Positions 9,458-19,075 are shown, numbered from the stretch's first letter. The stretch is DNA of 64,000 bases from an uncultured Acholeplasmataceae bacterium (GCA_905203475.1 CAJKWD010000001.1:15599-79598); one strand, 5' to 3'. Made by a program: numbers and translations. Notes: generated by a model not told the origin, from the letters alone.

Positions 9458-10264
9458 TTACTCCTTTACTATATGTTTTATTTTTTGCTTCTTCTTAGTT
9501 AAACGATATGCTTGTTCTTCTATTCCCTGTTCTACAAATTGATTGATTAAAACATCATTGCTGCTATTATATTTTAACCATTGATAATACTGCATCTTCT
9601 CATGTTGTAAGCGTTTTGGTGTAACGACTGCCCAATAAGCAGAGCTCATACAAGTCACATCATGGTGAAACATTCCAAATAAATAAGATAGTTTTTCACG
9701 ATTATATAACTTTTTTTCATGCATTTCATAATCCATGTTATCGTAGAAAATCTCGTTTGGTAGTTGTGGATAATAACGTATTAAAAACATAAAATCAGCA
9801 AAAATTTCATCCTCTTTTTGATAATATTCTGGATACGCTCCTACCATTTCTTCCACCATAAATTCAACATATAATTCTTGTACTCTAGAAAGATATGTAT
9901 CGAGAACAGTTTCTGTATTTAATGTAGGTGATATGACCAAATTACGATTTTGATACATCCAATTATATGCATCATAATAAGAACTAGAAACCAACTGTGT
10001 TTCGTAAACATACCATAAATTATCCCCACTAAGAAAACCATAAACAGATTCAAAATAAGTATTAAAATCAGCAGTTGGATAATATTCGATTGCTTTAAAA
10101 AAATACTCTTTTAAAACATAACAAAATTCCTCTTGATACTGACATGTAGCGTTCATTACAAATTGTTTTTGCAATTGTAACCAATATTGATATAAATCTT
10201 CTTTACGATTTTGTGATAAAGAAACATTTAAACCATTTAATTCTTCCAAAAATTCTTGTCTCAT
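9458..10264 (-). CDS. Hypothetical soluble protein, 268 aa, rich in aromatic and acidic residues
   Basis: Its start ATG overlaps the stop of the AbiEi-like gene (ATGA). A GGAGG RBS is present. There is no nucleotidyltransferase GS..D.D motif and no HEPN Rx4-6H motif. Confidence 0.5.
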   Translation of the reverse strand: MRQEFLEELNGLNVSLSQNRKEDLYQYWLQLQKQFVMNATCQYQEEFCYVLKEYFFKAIEYYPTADFNTYFESVYGFLSGDNLWYVYETQLVSSSYYDAYNWMYQNRNLVISPTLNTETVLDTYLSRVQELYVEFMVEEMVGAYPEYYQKEDEIFADFMFLIRYYPQLPNEIFYDNMDYEMHEKKLYNREKLSYLFGMFHHDVTCMSSAYWAVVTPKRLQHEKMQYYQWLKYNSSNDVLINQFVEQGIEEQAYRLTKKKQKIKHIVKE

Positions 10265-10803
10265 AAAACCTCCGTCAAAATAACCTCCGTTATTTTCTTT
10301 TTACTCACAAATTGATTTAAATACCCCTTTAACTTTCTCATATCTATTATTTCAGGATGACGATGGTAATAGTTTTTTATTTCTTGATAATACTCTGGAT
10401 CTAACTTTTTACGATATCGAACTAATTCAATTAACATTCTTTCTTTATCATAAATAGGAATCCATGTATTATTGACTTGAATTTTAGTCACACCAATATC
10501 ATAAATAGCTGCATCCATAAAATATTGTTTAATCTGTGGATCGACAATGCGCCATGCCGGTTTTTTTGTCACAACAACATATTTATCAGGTCTTTTACTG
10601 GTCATTCCATGATAGAAAAAAGCACTTTCCAATGTAAAAATAACATTAGGATGTTTTACTAGAAAAGTAGATAACTCTGTTACATTACGGCGATTTGAAT
10701 AAACTCCTTTTTCAATTTTAAACATAATTCGCTGATCAACTAATCGTTCAATATCTTTATGAGCATAACCCTTTTTTTTCAAATCTGAATATTTATAAAG
10801 CAT
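10261..10803 (-). CDS. AbiEi-like antitoxin-family protein: N-terminal wHTH plus an AbiEi_3-like C-terminal domain
   Basis: YSDLKKKGYAHKDIERLVDQRIMFKIEKGVYSN resembles the AbiEi N-terminal wHTH, which ends in a GxY. IFTLESAFFYHGMTSKRPDKYVVV resembles the AbiEi C-domain. A strong AAAGGAGGGG RBS is present. Confidence 0.45.
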   Translation of the reverse strand: MLYKYSDLKKKGYAHKDIERLVDQRIMFKIEKGVYSNRRNVTELSTFLVKHPNVIFTLESAFFYHGMTSKRPDKYVVVTKKPAWRIVDPQIKQYFMDAAIYDIGVTKIQVNNTWIPIYDKERMLIELVRYRKKLDPEYYQEIKNYYHRHPEIIDMRKLKGYLNQFVSKKKITEVILTEVL

Positions 10804-10825
10804 ACCACCCCTCCTTTACACTTTT

Positions 10826-10854
10826 ATTATAACATAATTTAAAAATAAGTATAG
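10826..10854 (-). promoter_or_regulatory. Putative extended -10 promoter (TGtTATAAT) for the AbiEi-like operon
   Basis: On the minus strand: ctatac, 17 nt, TGtTATAAT, then a strong RBS. Divergent from the tgt promoter. Confidence 0.4.
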
Positions 10855-10873
10855 GTTTAGTTTAAAAGAAATT

Positions 10874-10902
10874 TCGACAAAATATTTATAATATGTTATA
10901 AT
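10874..10902 (+). promoter_or_regulatory. Putative sigma-A promoter of tgt
   Basis: TCGACA, 17 nt, TGtTATAAT. Confidence 0.45.
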
Positions 10903-10914
10903 GTACCAGTATTT

Positions 10915-12147
10915 ATGGGAGGGCATATGGCAGATTATAAAAATAACAACCAATTTTATTTTGAAGTAAAAAACAAAATACCAGGGAAACTAGGCCGTAC
11001 GGGGATTATTCATACCCCACATGGTGATATTGAGACACCAGCATTTATTGCCGTTGGAACAAGAGGAGAAGTACGTTTTGTGTCAATGAATGAACTAAAA
11101 GAAATACAAGCACAAGCAATGCTAAGTAATGGCTATCATCTTCGTAATGAATGCGAAAATATTAAAGAACATGGTGGTCTAGCAACTTGGTCTGGATGGA
11201 ATGGTCCCACTATAACAGATTCTGGAGGATTTCAAGTTATGTCTTTAGGATCAGGACTTGGTAAAGTAGTTAGTATGGATCGTGAACAAGAAGTTATTAA
11301 CACTGATCCAAAAGATAGATTAGCACGTGTTACAGAAGATGGTGTTTACTTCTATGATCCAATTTTACAAAAAGATGATTTTATTGGACCAGAAGAATCT
11401 ATGAAAATTCAATGTAATATTGGAGCAGATATTCACATGGCATTTGATGAATTAACGTCTCTTGCTGATAGCTATGAATATAATGTAGAAGCTTTAAAAA
11501 GAACAGAACGATGGGCTAAAAGAAGCTTAGAAGAACATAAAAAGCATTGTAACGATTTAGGATACCATCAAGCACTATATGGTGTTTTACAAGGTGGTAG
11601 ATGGGAAGATTTAAGACGTTCTACAGCCAAACATTTATCCAAAATGGATTTTGATGGATATGGACTAGGTGGAGCCTTCTTAAAAGAGGACCTAGGCGAA
11701 ATATTGAGATGGTGTTGTGAAGAATTACCAGAGAATAAACCTCGTCACTTATTAGGATTATCTAGACCAGATGATATTTTAATTGGTGCCGAAATGGGGG
11801 CAGATACATTTGATTGTGTAGCTCCAACAAGAGAAGCTAGACATGGACGAATCTATACAAAATATGGTAATATTAGGCTAGCAAAATATAAAGATAGTCT
11901 AGAAGTATTAGATAATCATTGTGATTGTCCTACTTGTAAAAGTGGAATTACGAGAAAAGAATTATGTCATTTGTATAAATCACATGACCCAGAAGAAAAA
12001 AGAAAATATTATAAACTAGCATCGATTCACAATTTACGATTCATATTAAGATTAACAGAAGAAATTAGAGATGCGATTAATAACAATTGTTTTGAAGAAT
12101 ATAAAAATAATTTTTTAAAAGATTATTATCATACAGACAAAAAATAA
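10915..12147 (+). CDS. tgt: Queuine tRNA-ribosyltransferase
   Basis: GRTGIIHTPHGDIETPAFIAVGT and the CDCPTCKSG...H zinc site. The start may be the second ATG at 10927, which has a GGAGGG RBS. Confidence 0.9.
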   Translation: MGGHMADYKNNNQFYFEVKNKIPGKLGRTGIIHTPHGDIETPAFIAVGTRGEVRFVSMNELKEIQAQAMLSNGYHLRNECENIKEHGGLATWSGWNGPTITDSGGFQVMSLGSGLGKVVSMDREQEVINTDPKDRLARVTEDGVYFYDPILQKDDFIGPEESMKIQCNIGADIHMAFDELTSLADSYEYNVEALKRTERWAKRSLEEHKKHCNDLGYHQALYGVLQGGRWEDLRRSTAKHLSKMDFDGYGLGGAFLKEDLGEILRWCCEELPENKPRHLLGLSRPDDILIGAEMGADTFDCVAPTREARHGRIYTKYGNIRLAKYKDSLEVLDNHCDCPTCKSGITRKELCHLYKSHDPEEKRKYYKLASIHNLRFILRLTEEIRDAINNNCFEEYKNNFLKDYYHTDKK

Positions 12148-12204
12148 GTATATATCCATTCGATATATACTTTTTTATAAGAAAAAAACTCCAATAAGAG
12201 TTTT
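12148..12204. terminator. Convergent terminator region between tgt(+) and rpsI(-)
   Basis: gtatatatc-cattc-gatatatac followed by T6 for tgt. aaaactc-caataa-gagtttt lies against the rpsI stop. Confidence 0.45.
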
Positions 12205-12620
12205 TAACGTTTACTGAATTGTGGAGCACGGCGTGCAGCTTTTAATCCTGGTTTCTTTCTTTCTTTTACTCTTGCATCACGAGTAATGAATCCAGCTTTC
12301 TTTAAAATTGCACGGTAGCTTGTTTCACTACCTTCATTAGCTTTATCGTATTCAAGTAAAGCACGAGCAATTCCTAAACGAATAGCGCCAGCTTGACCAT
12401 TGAATCCTCCACCATTTACTTTAGCTTCAACATCAAATGTTTCTTCTGTACTTGTTGCAACAAGAGGTTGTTTTAAATCCATAACGTTTGTTTCATAAGG
12501 AAAGAATTCTCTTACATCAACACCATTAACAGTAATATTTCCTTTTCCAGGTCTTAAAATTACTTGTGCAACTGAAGATTTTCTTCTACCTGTTCCAATA
12601 AATTTCTTATCTTTTGCCAT
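12204..12620 (-). CDS. rpsI: 30S ribosomal protein S9
   Basis: [19 protein letters not shown]...[11 protein letters not shown]...[11 protein letters not shown]. Confidence 0.95.
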   Translation of the reverse strand: MAKDKKFIGTGRRKSSVAQVILRPGKGNITVNGVDVREFFPYETNVMDLKQPLVATSTEETFDVEAKVNGGGFNGQAGAIRLGIARALLEYDKANEGSETSYRAILKKAGFITRDARVKERKKPGLKAARRAPQFSKR

Positions 12621-12631
12621 TTAAAACCCTC

Positions 12632-13069
12632 CTATTTACTTTCCTTTAATTCTACTGGTTTTTGAGCTTGATGTGGATGTTCATTACCAGCATATACAAA
12701 TAATTTCTTATACATTTGACGTCCTAATCTTCCTTTTGGAAGCATTCCTTTAACTGCTCTTTCAATCATCTCTTCCGGATAATTTTCTTTCATAGTACGA
12801 GCAGTTCTTTCTCTTAATCCTCCTGGATAACCACTGTGGTTATAATAAACTTTTGCATCTAACTTATTTCCAGTAAGATTAACTTTTGATGCATTGACAA
12901 CAATTACATAATCTCCACAATCAACATGTGGTGTAAAAGTTGGTTTGTGTTTACCACGTAAAATAGTAGCAACTTTAGCAGCTAAACGACCTAAAGTCAT
13001 ATCTGTTGCATCAATTACATACCAATTACGAGATACTTCTTCTTTTTTTTGCATGTAAGTATTTTTCAT
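12632..13069 (-). CDS. rplM: 50S ribosomal protein L13
   Basis: [35 protein letters not shown]. The start is placed at M17 of the listed ORF, which has an AAGGG RBS. The longer listed ORF has no RBS. Confidence 0.85.
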   Translation of the reverse strand: MKNTYMQKKEEVSRNWYVIDATDMTLGRLAAKVATILRGKHKPTFTPHVDCGDYVIVVNASKVNLTGNKLDAKVYYNHSGYPGGLRERTARTMKENYPEEMIERAVKGMLPKGRLGRQMYKKLFVYAGNEHPHQAQKPVELKESK

Positions 13070-13235
13070 AATTATCTTTTCCCTTTCCAAATTTTTTTGT
13101 CTCATAAGCTGTCCCACGGCTCATGAATGGGATATAAAATGTACCAATTAAAATTGTACTAAAGAAAGCTTGAAATGTCAATAAAAATATATGTTTTTTA
13201 TAATAAAATAGAACAAAATTAGCAATTTTATCATA

Positions 13236-13262
13236 ATAATTAAAAAACTTGGAATATACCAA
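13236..13262 (-). terminator. Putative terminator after truA
   Basis: cttgg-aatata-ccaag hairpin followed by a U-rich tract on the minus strand. Confidence 0.4.
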
Positions 13263-13264
13263 GT

Positions 13265-14005
13265 TTAATAAAAAACATCTTTTAAATATAAACCCTCTGG
13301 ATTTGCGGTAAATCCAGCTTTTCTTCTATCTTTTGCATCTAATATTTCTATAATATCTTCGCTTTTCTTTTTTCCCTCTCCAATTTCAATTAAGGTTCCA
13401 ACAATATTGCGAACCATATATCTTAAAAAACCAGTTCCAAGAAAACTAATTGTAATTTTATTCACATTTTTAGAATCTCTTACAATACTTGTTTGAACAA
13501 TACGACGGACATAATCTTCGTGTTCATCATCAGCTTTAGTAAAAGATTTAAAATCATGTTCACCTTCTAGATATTTTAATGCTCTTTCCATCTCCACAAC
13601 ATCTAATCGTTTGTTGTACTGGAATACATAATTTCTTTCAATTGGATCATATTCACCTAAATTTATACGATAAATATATTCTTTTGCTTTAACATGATAT
13701 CTAGCATGAAAAGTGTCTGATACCGGAACGATTTCTTTCACGTAAATATCTCCTGGTAATAAAGAATTCATTGAATGTTTTAATTTATCGCAATCAATTT
13801 TTTCTGGAAGATCAAAATGTGCTTTTTGAGCTAAAGCATGGACATGAGCATCTGTTCTTCCACTCGCATGAATATCAATCTTTTTTTCTCCATTTACTTT
13901 TCCAAGTACTTTTTCAACTTCACCTTGTATTGTTTTTCCTCTAGGTTGTTTTTGATACCCTTTATAATTTGTTCCATCATAGGAAAAAGTCATTAAATAT
14001 CTCAC
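13265..14005 (-). CDS. truA: tRNA pseudouridine(38-40) synthase
   Basis: MRYLMTFSYDGTNYKGYQKQP...ASGRTDAHVHA. Confidence 0.9.
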   Translation of the reverse strand: MRYLMTFSYDGTNYKGYQKQPRGKTIQGEVEKVLGKVNGEKKIDIHASGRTDAHVHALAQKAHFDLPEKIDCDKLKHSMNSLLPGDIYVKEIVPVSDTFHARYHVKAKEYIYRINLGEYDPIERNYVFQYNKRLDVVEMERALKYLEGEHDFKSFTKADDEHEDYVRRIVQTSIVRDSKNVNKITISFLGTGFLRYMVRNIVGTLIEIGEGKKKSEDIIEILDAKDRRKAGFTANPEGLYLKDVFY

Positions 14006-14763
14006 AATATCGTCTCCTTTAATACTAATAATATAAGTACACTTAAAATAGATAAAATAAATAATCCATCATAACATGTAAATCGCATTTTCTGATAATA
14101 TGTTTTATGCGCTTTTGTAGAATATAATCTTATTTCCATCATATGAGATAACTGTTCCATTTTAGAAATAGTTTTATAAAAAGCATTTTTTAATAATATT
14201 CTTATTTGTCGCAAATGGAATTGAAAAGAAATTTGTTTATTACTCTTTCTTAATTTCATCAATTGTTTTATGTGATATAATTCATCTAAATACATAGGAA
14301 TAAATTGCAAGCCTAATAAAATAGAAAAAGCAATTGATTTCGTATCAACATAAATAAATGACAGCGGTTTTAATATCCATTCTAATCCATACATAAGTTC
14401 CCGATGGGAAGTTGTAAATACAAATAAAAATATTAGTACTACAAAAAATACAATTCTTAAAACCATTATAACACTATTTAATGGGTTTATGCCACATAAT
14501 AGGTAAATTCCATATAAAACAATGTAAAACCATTTTCCTTGCCATAATAAGCGTAAATACAATGAAATAGGAATATTAGATAAAAAAATTAAAAAGATAA
14601 GCACTAATAAATAAAAGAGTAAGGAAATATAACTTCTTACGAAAAACAAAGATATAAATAAAATAATCATGGCAATTACTTTAGATATTGCATGACGACG
14701 ATTTAAAAAAGAATGAGAATCATATAAGTCTAATAATACATCATTTAACATAACGATACACAT
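14002..14763 (-). CDS. ecfT: Energy-coupling-factor transporter transmembrane component
   Basis: 253-aa polytopic membrane protein immediately downstream of the two ECF ATPase genes. The ecfA-ecfA'-ecfT-truA-rplM-rpsI order is conserved in Bacillota. Confidence 0.75.
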   Translation of the reverse strand: MCIVMLNDVLLDLYDSHSFLNRRHAISKVIAMIILFISLFFVRSYISLLFYLLVLIFLIFLSNIPISLYLRLLWQGKWFYIVLYGIYLLCGINPLNSVIMVLRIVFFVVLIFLFVFTTSHRELMYGLEWILKPLSFIYVDTKSIAFSILLGLQFIPMYLDELYHIKQLMKLRKSNKQISFQFHLRQIRILLKNAFYKTISKMEQLSHMMEIRLYSTKAHKTYYQKMRFTCYDGLFILSILSVLILLVLKETIL

Positions 14764-15559
14764 CCTTTATTAAATCATTGATATCATCTCGATATCCCAA
14801 ACGTATTTTTGTTCGTTTATAAACTAAATTAGAAAAAGATATCATTTGAGGAACTCTTATACGAATCTTTTTTAATTGTTCTTCTTTTGCAAAAACATCA
14901 TATTTATCCCCCTCTAAAAAGATTGTACCTTGATAAAGTACACAAATATGATCACAAACCGCATGCATAAATTCAACATCATGACCAGCGATAATAATCA
15001 ATTTATGATACTTATTTTTTAATCGTTTAAATAGACGAATGAGTTCCTTTTTATCTTTTGGCGATAACCCTAATGTTGGTTCGTCTAATAACAGAATTTT
15101 AGGGTTATAAACAAGAATGCTGGCAAGTCCTATCTTTCTTTTTTCTCCATGGCTTAATGTTTCAATTTTTCTGTTTAAATAACTATCATTTAAACCCACC
15201 ATGATTAATACTTCTTTCATTCTCTTATTTTTTTCTTTCAGACGATAAGAAAACGATTCTAATAAATAGTCTAATTCTTCTTCTACAGTTAAACCGATAA
15301 ATTGATGTTCTAAATTTTGATGTAAGTAACCAATATTTCTAGATGGTGATACTTGTTTACCTGTTCCTATTTGGATAGTCCCACTACTTGGTATTTTTTC
15401 TTTTGAAAGAAGTTCTAATAAAGTTGTTTTCCCACTTCCACTTGGACCAACAATCCCATAAATATGATCATTTTGGAAAATATATGTGATATCTAATATA
15501 GAATCGTGATAGTCAAATAATGGATCTTGATAAGTAATATTTTTGCATTTTATTTCCAT
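14741..15559 (-). CDS. ecfA2: ECF transporter ATPase subunit A2
   Basis: GPSGSGKTT Walker A, LSHGEKRK signature, LLLDEPT Walker B. Confidence 0.85.
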   Translation of the reverse strand: MEIKCKNITYQDPLFDYHDSILDITYIFQNDHIYGIVGPSGSGKTTLLELLSKEKIPSSGTIQIGTGKQVSPSRNIGYLHQNLEHQFIGLTVEEELDYLLESFSYRLKEKNKRMKEVLIMVGLNDSYLNRKIETLSHGEKRKIGLASILVYNPKILLLDEPTLGLSPKDKKELIRLFKRLKNKYHKLIIIAGHDVEFMHAVCDHICVLYQGTIFLEGDKYDVFAKEEQLKKIRIRVPQMISFSNLVYKRTKIRLGYRDDINDLIKDVYRYVK

Positions 15560-16371
15560 AGATGTTTCACCATCCTAATCATATTATATATTGGCTTATC
15601 AACAAGTCCGTAATAAGATAATTTATGAGATAAGTCAGCCATAAAAGGGAGTTCTAGAGAAGCTTGTTTTAATTTCTTTTCTTCTTGTATAACATCTTGT
15701 TTTTTTCCATCGAGAAATACTTTTCCATTTTTTAAAACAACTATTTCTTTTCCATATAGACTATATTCAACATGAGAGGTAGCACATATAATTGTTACAT
15801 CTTGTTCGCGATTTATTTTTTTTAAAATACGGAATACTTTTTCTATATCATATGGGTTCATACCATCAAATGCTTCATCCAATAATAAGATTTTAGGATG
15901 GTGGACAAGAGCTGAAGCAAAGGCAACTATTTGCTTTTCTGAACAATTTAAAGCTTGTGGTGATGCTTCTAATAAATCATCAATGCCAAATAATATAGCC
16001 ATTTCAGTAATTCTTTCTTTCATTTCTTGTTTTGGATAACACAAATTTTCTAATACAAAAGCAAGTTCTGAAGCCACGGTATTAGCTGTAAAATACTGAC
16101 TAGATAAGTCACATACAAAGCCAATCATACTGCGTATTTCTTTCATATGTTGTGTATCTAACAAATCATTTTCTACGAATATCTTTCCTTCTTGGGGATG
16201 TTTCATTCCTAATAATAATTGTAATAACGTTGTCTTTCCACTTCCGCTTGGACCTAATACTGTTAAGAAAGTTCCTTTTGGAATTGTTAAATTTAATTTT
16301 TTTAGAATTGTTTGATCTCCATAATGAAATGTTATATTCTCCAACTTAATAATATCCATATATCTCACCAC
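15550..16371 (-). CDS. ecfA1: ECF transporter ATPase subunit A1
   Basis: GPSGSGKTT Walker A, LLLDEAF Walker B. Confidence 0.85.
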   Translation of the reverse strand: MVRYMDIIKLENITFHYGDQTILKKLNLTIPKGTFLTVLGPSGSGKTTLLQLLLGMKHPQEGKIFVENDLLDTQHMKEIRSMIGFVCDLSSQYFTANTVASELAFVLENLCYPKQEMKERITEMAILFGIDDLLEASPQALNCSEKQIVAFASALVHHPKILLLDEAFDGMNPYDIEKVFRILKKINREQDVTIICATSHVEYSLYGKEIVVLKNGKVFLDGKKQDVIQEEKKLKQASLELPFMADLSHKLSYYGLVDKPIYNMIRMVKHLWK

Positions 16372-16383
16372 TTATAAGTTATT

Positions 16384-16412
16384 ATTATAATATAGTTTTA
16401 TCTTCTTGACAA
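16384..16412 (-). promoter_or_regulatory. Strong sigma-A promoter of the ecfA operon
   Basis: On the minus strand: TTGTCA, 17 nt, TATAAT. A GGTGA RBS is present. Confidence 0.55.
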
Positions 16413-16440
16413 CCAAAAGAAAAAAGAGACTTAATCTCTT
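16413..16440 (-). terminator. Putative terminator after the SDR gene
   Basis: aagag-acttaat-ctctt hairpin overlapping the stop, followed by a U-run. Confidence 0.4.
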
Positions 16441-17183
16441 TTCTTACTTTGTATGCGATATGCGACTTTTAATAACAACTGATCAGAAGCAAAACGCGTT
16501 AAAAATTTACTTACTTTCATTGTTATTCCTGGAATAATAATCATCTTTTTATGGAGCATCTTTTTAATTGCATACTCAGCAACTTCTCTACTTTCTAATC
16601 CATTGAGTGCAAAAGATACTTTTGCAACTTTATTAAATTCGGTATTCACCGGTCCAGGACATAAAGCACCAATATAAACATGACTTTTACCTTTTCTTAG
16701 TTCTTCATGGATGGCCTCTGTAAATCTAAATACATATGCTTTCGTTGCATAATAAGTTGCCATAAGAGGTCCCGGTAAGAAAGCTGCCGATGAAGCAACA
16801 TTTAAAATATAACCTTTATCCTTCTTTTTAAAATCTTTTAAAAATAATTTTGTTAATGTATGAACAGATTTAATATTTAAATCAATCATATCTAATTCTT
16901 TATCTAAGTTTGTATCACTAAATTCTCCAAATAATCCAAAACCTGCGTTGTTAATTACAATATCAATATCTTTATCTTTTACTTCTTGATATAATTCCAT
17001 ACAATTAAATGTCGTAGATATATCCATAACAATACATTCTACATTGGTATTTAATTCTTTTTTTAAAGCTTGTAATTTGGTTTTTCTTCTTGCAACTAAA
17101 ATCAAATCATAGCCCATTTCACTTAAGACACGAGCCATATCTCTTCCAATGCCAGAACTGGCACCAGTTATTAATGCTAACAT
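16431..17183 (-). CDS. Short-chain dehydrogenase/reductase (SDR)
   Basis: MLALITGASSGIGRD Rossmann motif, NNAG, and the YYATKAYV catalytic YxxxK. The start is placed at the internal ATG at 17183, which has a perfect upstream promoter and a GGTGA RBS. The long N-terminal extension in the listed ORF is unlikely. Confidence 0.8.
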   Translation of the reverse strand: MLALITGASSGIGRDMARVLSEMGYDLILVARRKTKLQALKKELNTNVECIVMDISTTFNCMELYQEVKDKDIDIVINNAGFGLFGEFSDTNLDKELDMIDLNIKSVHTLTKLFLKDFKKKDKGYILNVASSAAFLPGPLMATYYATKAYVFRFTEAIHEELRKGKSHVYIGALCPGPVNTEFNKVAKVSFALNGLESREVAEYAIKKMLHKKMIIIPGITMKVSKFLTRFASDQLLLKVAYRIQSKKRD

Positions 17184-17238
17184 AGTATCACCATACTCAT
17201 TATATAATATTTTCTTAGGATATTCAACGAAAAAAAGG
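17184..17238 (-). promoter_or_regulatory. Terminator hairpin (aaaaaggc-tatt-gccttttt) plus a TTGAAT-17-TATAAT promoter for the SDR gene
   Basis: Read on the minus strand. The hairpin with its U-run follows the DUF2207 stop. A consensus -35/-10 precedes the SDR start. Confidence 0.5.
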
Positions 17239-19056
17239 CTATTTGCCTTTTTCACGATCTCTTTTTTCTTTTTGTATTTTAGATGTAGCATCTGCAATTT
17301 TAGTTTCTTCTTCAAAGTTTTTTTTCTTTTGATTTTGCTGTGATGGTTTACGGTGTTGATATTTTGGCATTTTATTCTCAGGAATCATAGATAATACTGT
17401 ATTAATAACTTCCATATAATATTCAAATAGTTTAGCAAACGATGATAATTCAATCTCATGATTAATCCATGTAGGTAAAACGATTTGATTATCTTGATTA
17501 TGACGAATCCACTGTTTTGAAACACCTAATACGTAAGCGTATGGTAAATATCCATAAAATTGTTCACTTGTTTTAGCTTGAGACTCTTTTAAATATCTAC
17601 GGAATCCTTCAATTTTACGGACAATATAAGAATGTTCTTGAAATCTTTTTTGAATTTCTTTTCCAAGGAATAACATGACTAACATCATAATAATACATAC
17701 TACATAAAACCAATTATATCGTAAGTCAGTAAAAGAATATAATACCATAATAGTAAGAGGTATAAATACTAGTATATAAGCAATCTGTTTTAAATATGGG
17801 ACAGAATGTTTGATAGTAAATAATAGGCAAATGATTGCGAAAAGTGTAAATAAAACACAGATAATGGAATCAGATAAAATTCCTATTACACTAAAGCAAA
17901 AACAAAGTTCTAAAGATAAAAACGCAAATAAAGTTAAACCATAAATTAAATAAAGAAGAAAGTAAGATTTCTTATCATATACTCTATCTTCTAAAGAACG
18001 ATTGTTTAATTGCTTTTTAGCATATGCTAATTTCGCATAAAATTTTCCTTTTAAGGAATCAATCATAACATGGTCTGATTTAGAAAATAATTGTTCGAAA
18101 ACATATAACTCAACATCGTCATCACTTACCATATTTTTTAGTTTTCGTAATTGAAATACTTTGCTATGATCTTTTTTAGTAATTTCTTCTATTTTTAGAA
18201 ATCCTCTGATAGCAAATGAAACAATATAAGAAGTTATTTCTTTATCTCCTGCCTCTCCTTTATAAATAAGACCTATTTCTGCCGGTGTTAAATCTCCTGG
18301 AGGGGTTTTTACATAAGGAGGACGTTTTACCTTTCTCTTAGCCATTAGATAGAGAATAAAGGCTATAATTAACATAAATCCAGTAAATAAGAAGAATAAA
18401 AGTGCATTAGTATGATAATTATTATGATCTTGATAAAAATAATGATTAGGAATTTCTGCGACAAAAGATAAATCAGATTGATTTTTAAACGTAGAAATAC
18501 TTCCCGTAATATGACCACCAGAAACATGATAGTCTATCATATTATCAGCAATCGACTCTTGATCAAACAACCATTGAAATTGATCTAAAGTTTTTAAATC
18601 TTCAAATTTAATATCAAAAGATAATAACTCAATATTTGCATAATCTTCTTTTTGCAATAATGGAATATATACAGTATTTCCTACTCCTTCAATACTAGAA
18701 AAACCGTAAACATAAGATAGCGTATAGGTTTGCTTTTTATCATTTATTTTTGCTTGTAAATACATTGCATCGCCAAAATTAGAATAACGGAAAGAAAGTG
18801 CACTTCCCTCAACGTCACTAATTTTAGCAAGTCTCTTATCACCAGACTGTGTTATAAAATAAAATGGTAATCTTCTAACAACAACACTTTCTCCCTGTCC
18901 ACTAACTTCTCCTGTTTCTACAACATATGCTCTACTGTCTTTCGTAATCTTTATTTGCAATGAAATATGTTTGTAATTAATATTAGAGTCTGCCTTTACT
19001 GATAGTGGAAACAAAAGACAAATACATAATAATACAATAACCCATCCCTTTTTCAT
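17239..19056 (-). CDS. DUF2207-type membrane protein: signal peptide, an extracellular domain, and a multi-TM C-terminal half
   Basis: MKKGWVIVLLCICLLFPLSVKA signal peptide. A TPPGDLTPAEIGLIY motif follows the first TM, as in DUF2207. Four or more further TM helices. K/E-rich tail. Confidence 0.55.
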   Translation of the reverse strand: MKKGWVIVLLCICLLFPLSVKADSNINYKHISLQIKITKDSRAYVVETGEVSGQGESVVVRRLPFYFITQSGDKRLAKISDVEGSALSFRYSNFGDAMYLQAKINDKKQTYTLSYVYGFSSIEGVGNTVYIPLLQKEDYANIELLSFDIKFEDLKTLDQFQWLFDQESIADNMIDYHVSGGHITGSISTFKNQSDLSFVAEIPNHYFYQDHNNYHTNALLFFLFTGFMLIIAFILYLMAKRKVKRPPYVKTPPGDLTPAEIGLIYKGEAGDKEITSYIVSFAIRGFLKIEEITKKDHSKVFQLRKLKNMVSDDDVELYVFEQLFSKSDHVMIDSLKGKFYAKLAYAKKQLNNRSLEDRVYDKKSYFLLYLIYGLTLFAFLSLELCFCFSVIGILSDSIICVLFTLFAIICLLFTIKHSVPYLKQIAYILVFIPLTIMVLYSFTDLRYNWFYVVCIIMMLVMLFLGKEIQKRFQEHSYIVRKIEGFRRYLKESQAKTSEQFYGYLPYAYVLGVSKQWIRHNQDNQIVLPTWINHEIELSSFAKLFEYYMEVINTVLSMIPENKMPKYQHRKPSQQNQKKKNFEEETKIADATSKIQKEKRDREKGK

Positions 19057-19075
19057 ATCTTCACCTACTAATAAT

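Noticed and set aside
9458-10264. Considered calling the 268-aa protein the AbiEii (DUF1814 nucleotidyltransferase) toxin partner
   Set aside because: I could find no G-S/G-x(9-13)-D-x-D nucleotidyltransferase motif and no conserved Lys/Arg motif III. It is kept as a hypothetical protein and the absence is flagged as the interesting point.
13026-13262. 78-aa ORF overlapping the 5' end of rplM and its upstream region
   Set aside because: It overlaps the real L13 start and the AT-rich promoter region. It has no RBS and a low-complexity translation.
16431-17315. Long N-terminal extension (44 aa, K-rich) on the SDR ORF, and a 64-aa plus-strand ORF at 17149..17343
   Set aside because: The Rossmann fold begins at the internal Met. 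A consensus promoter, an RBS and a terminator hairpin all lie inside the putative extension, so the extension is non-coding intergenic sequence.
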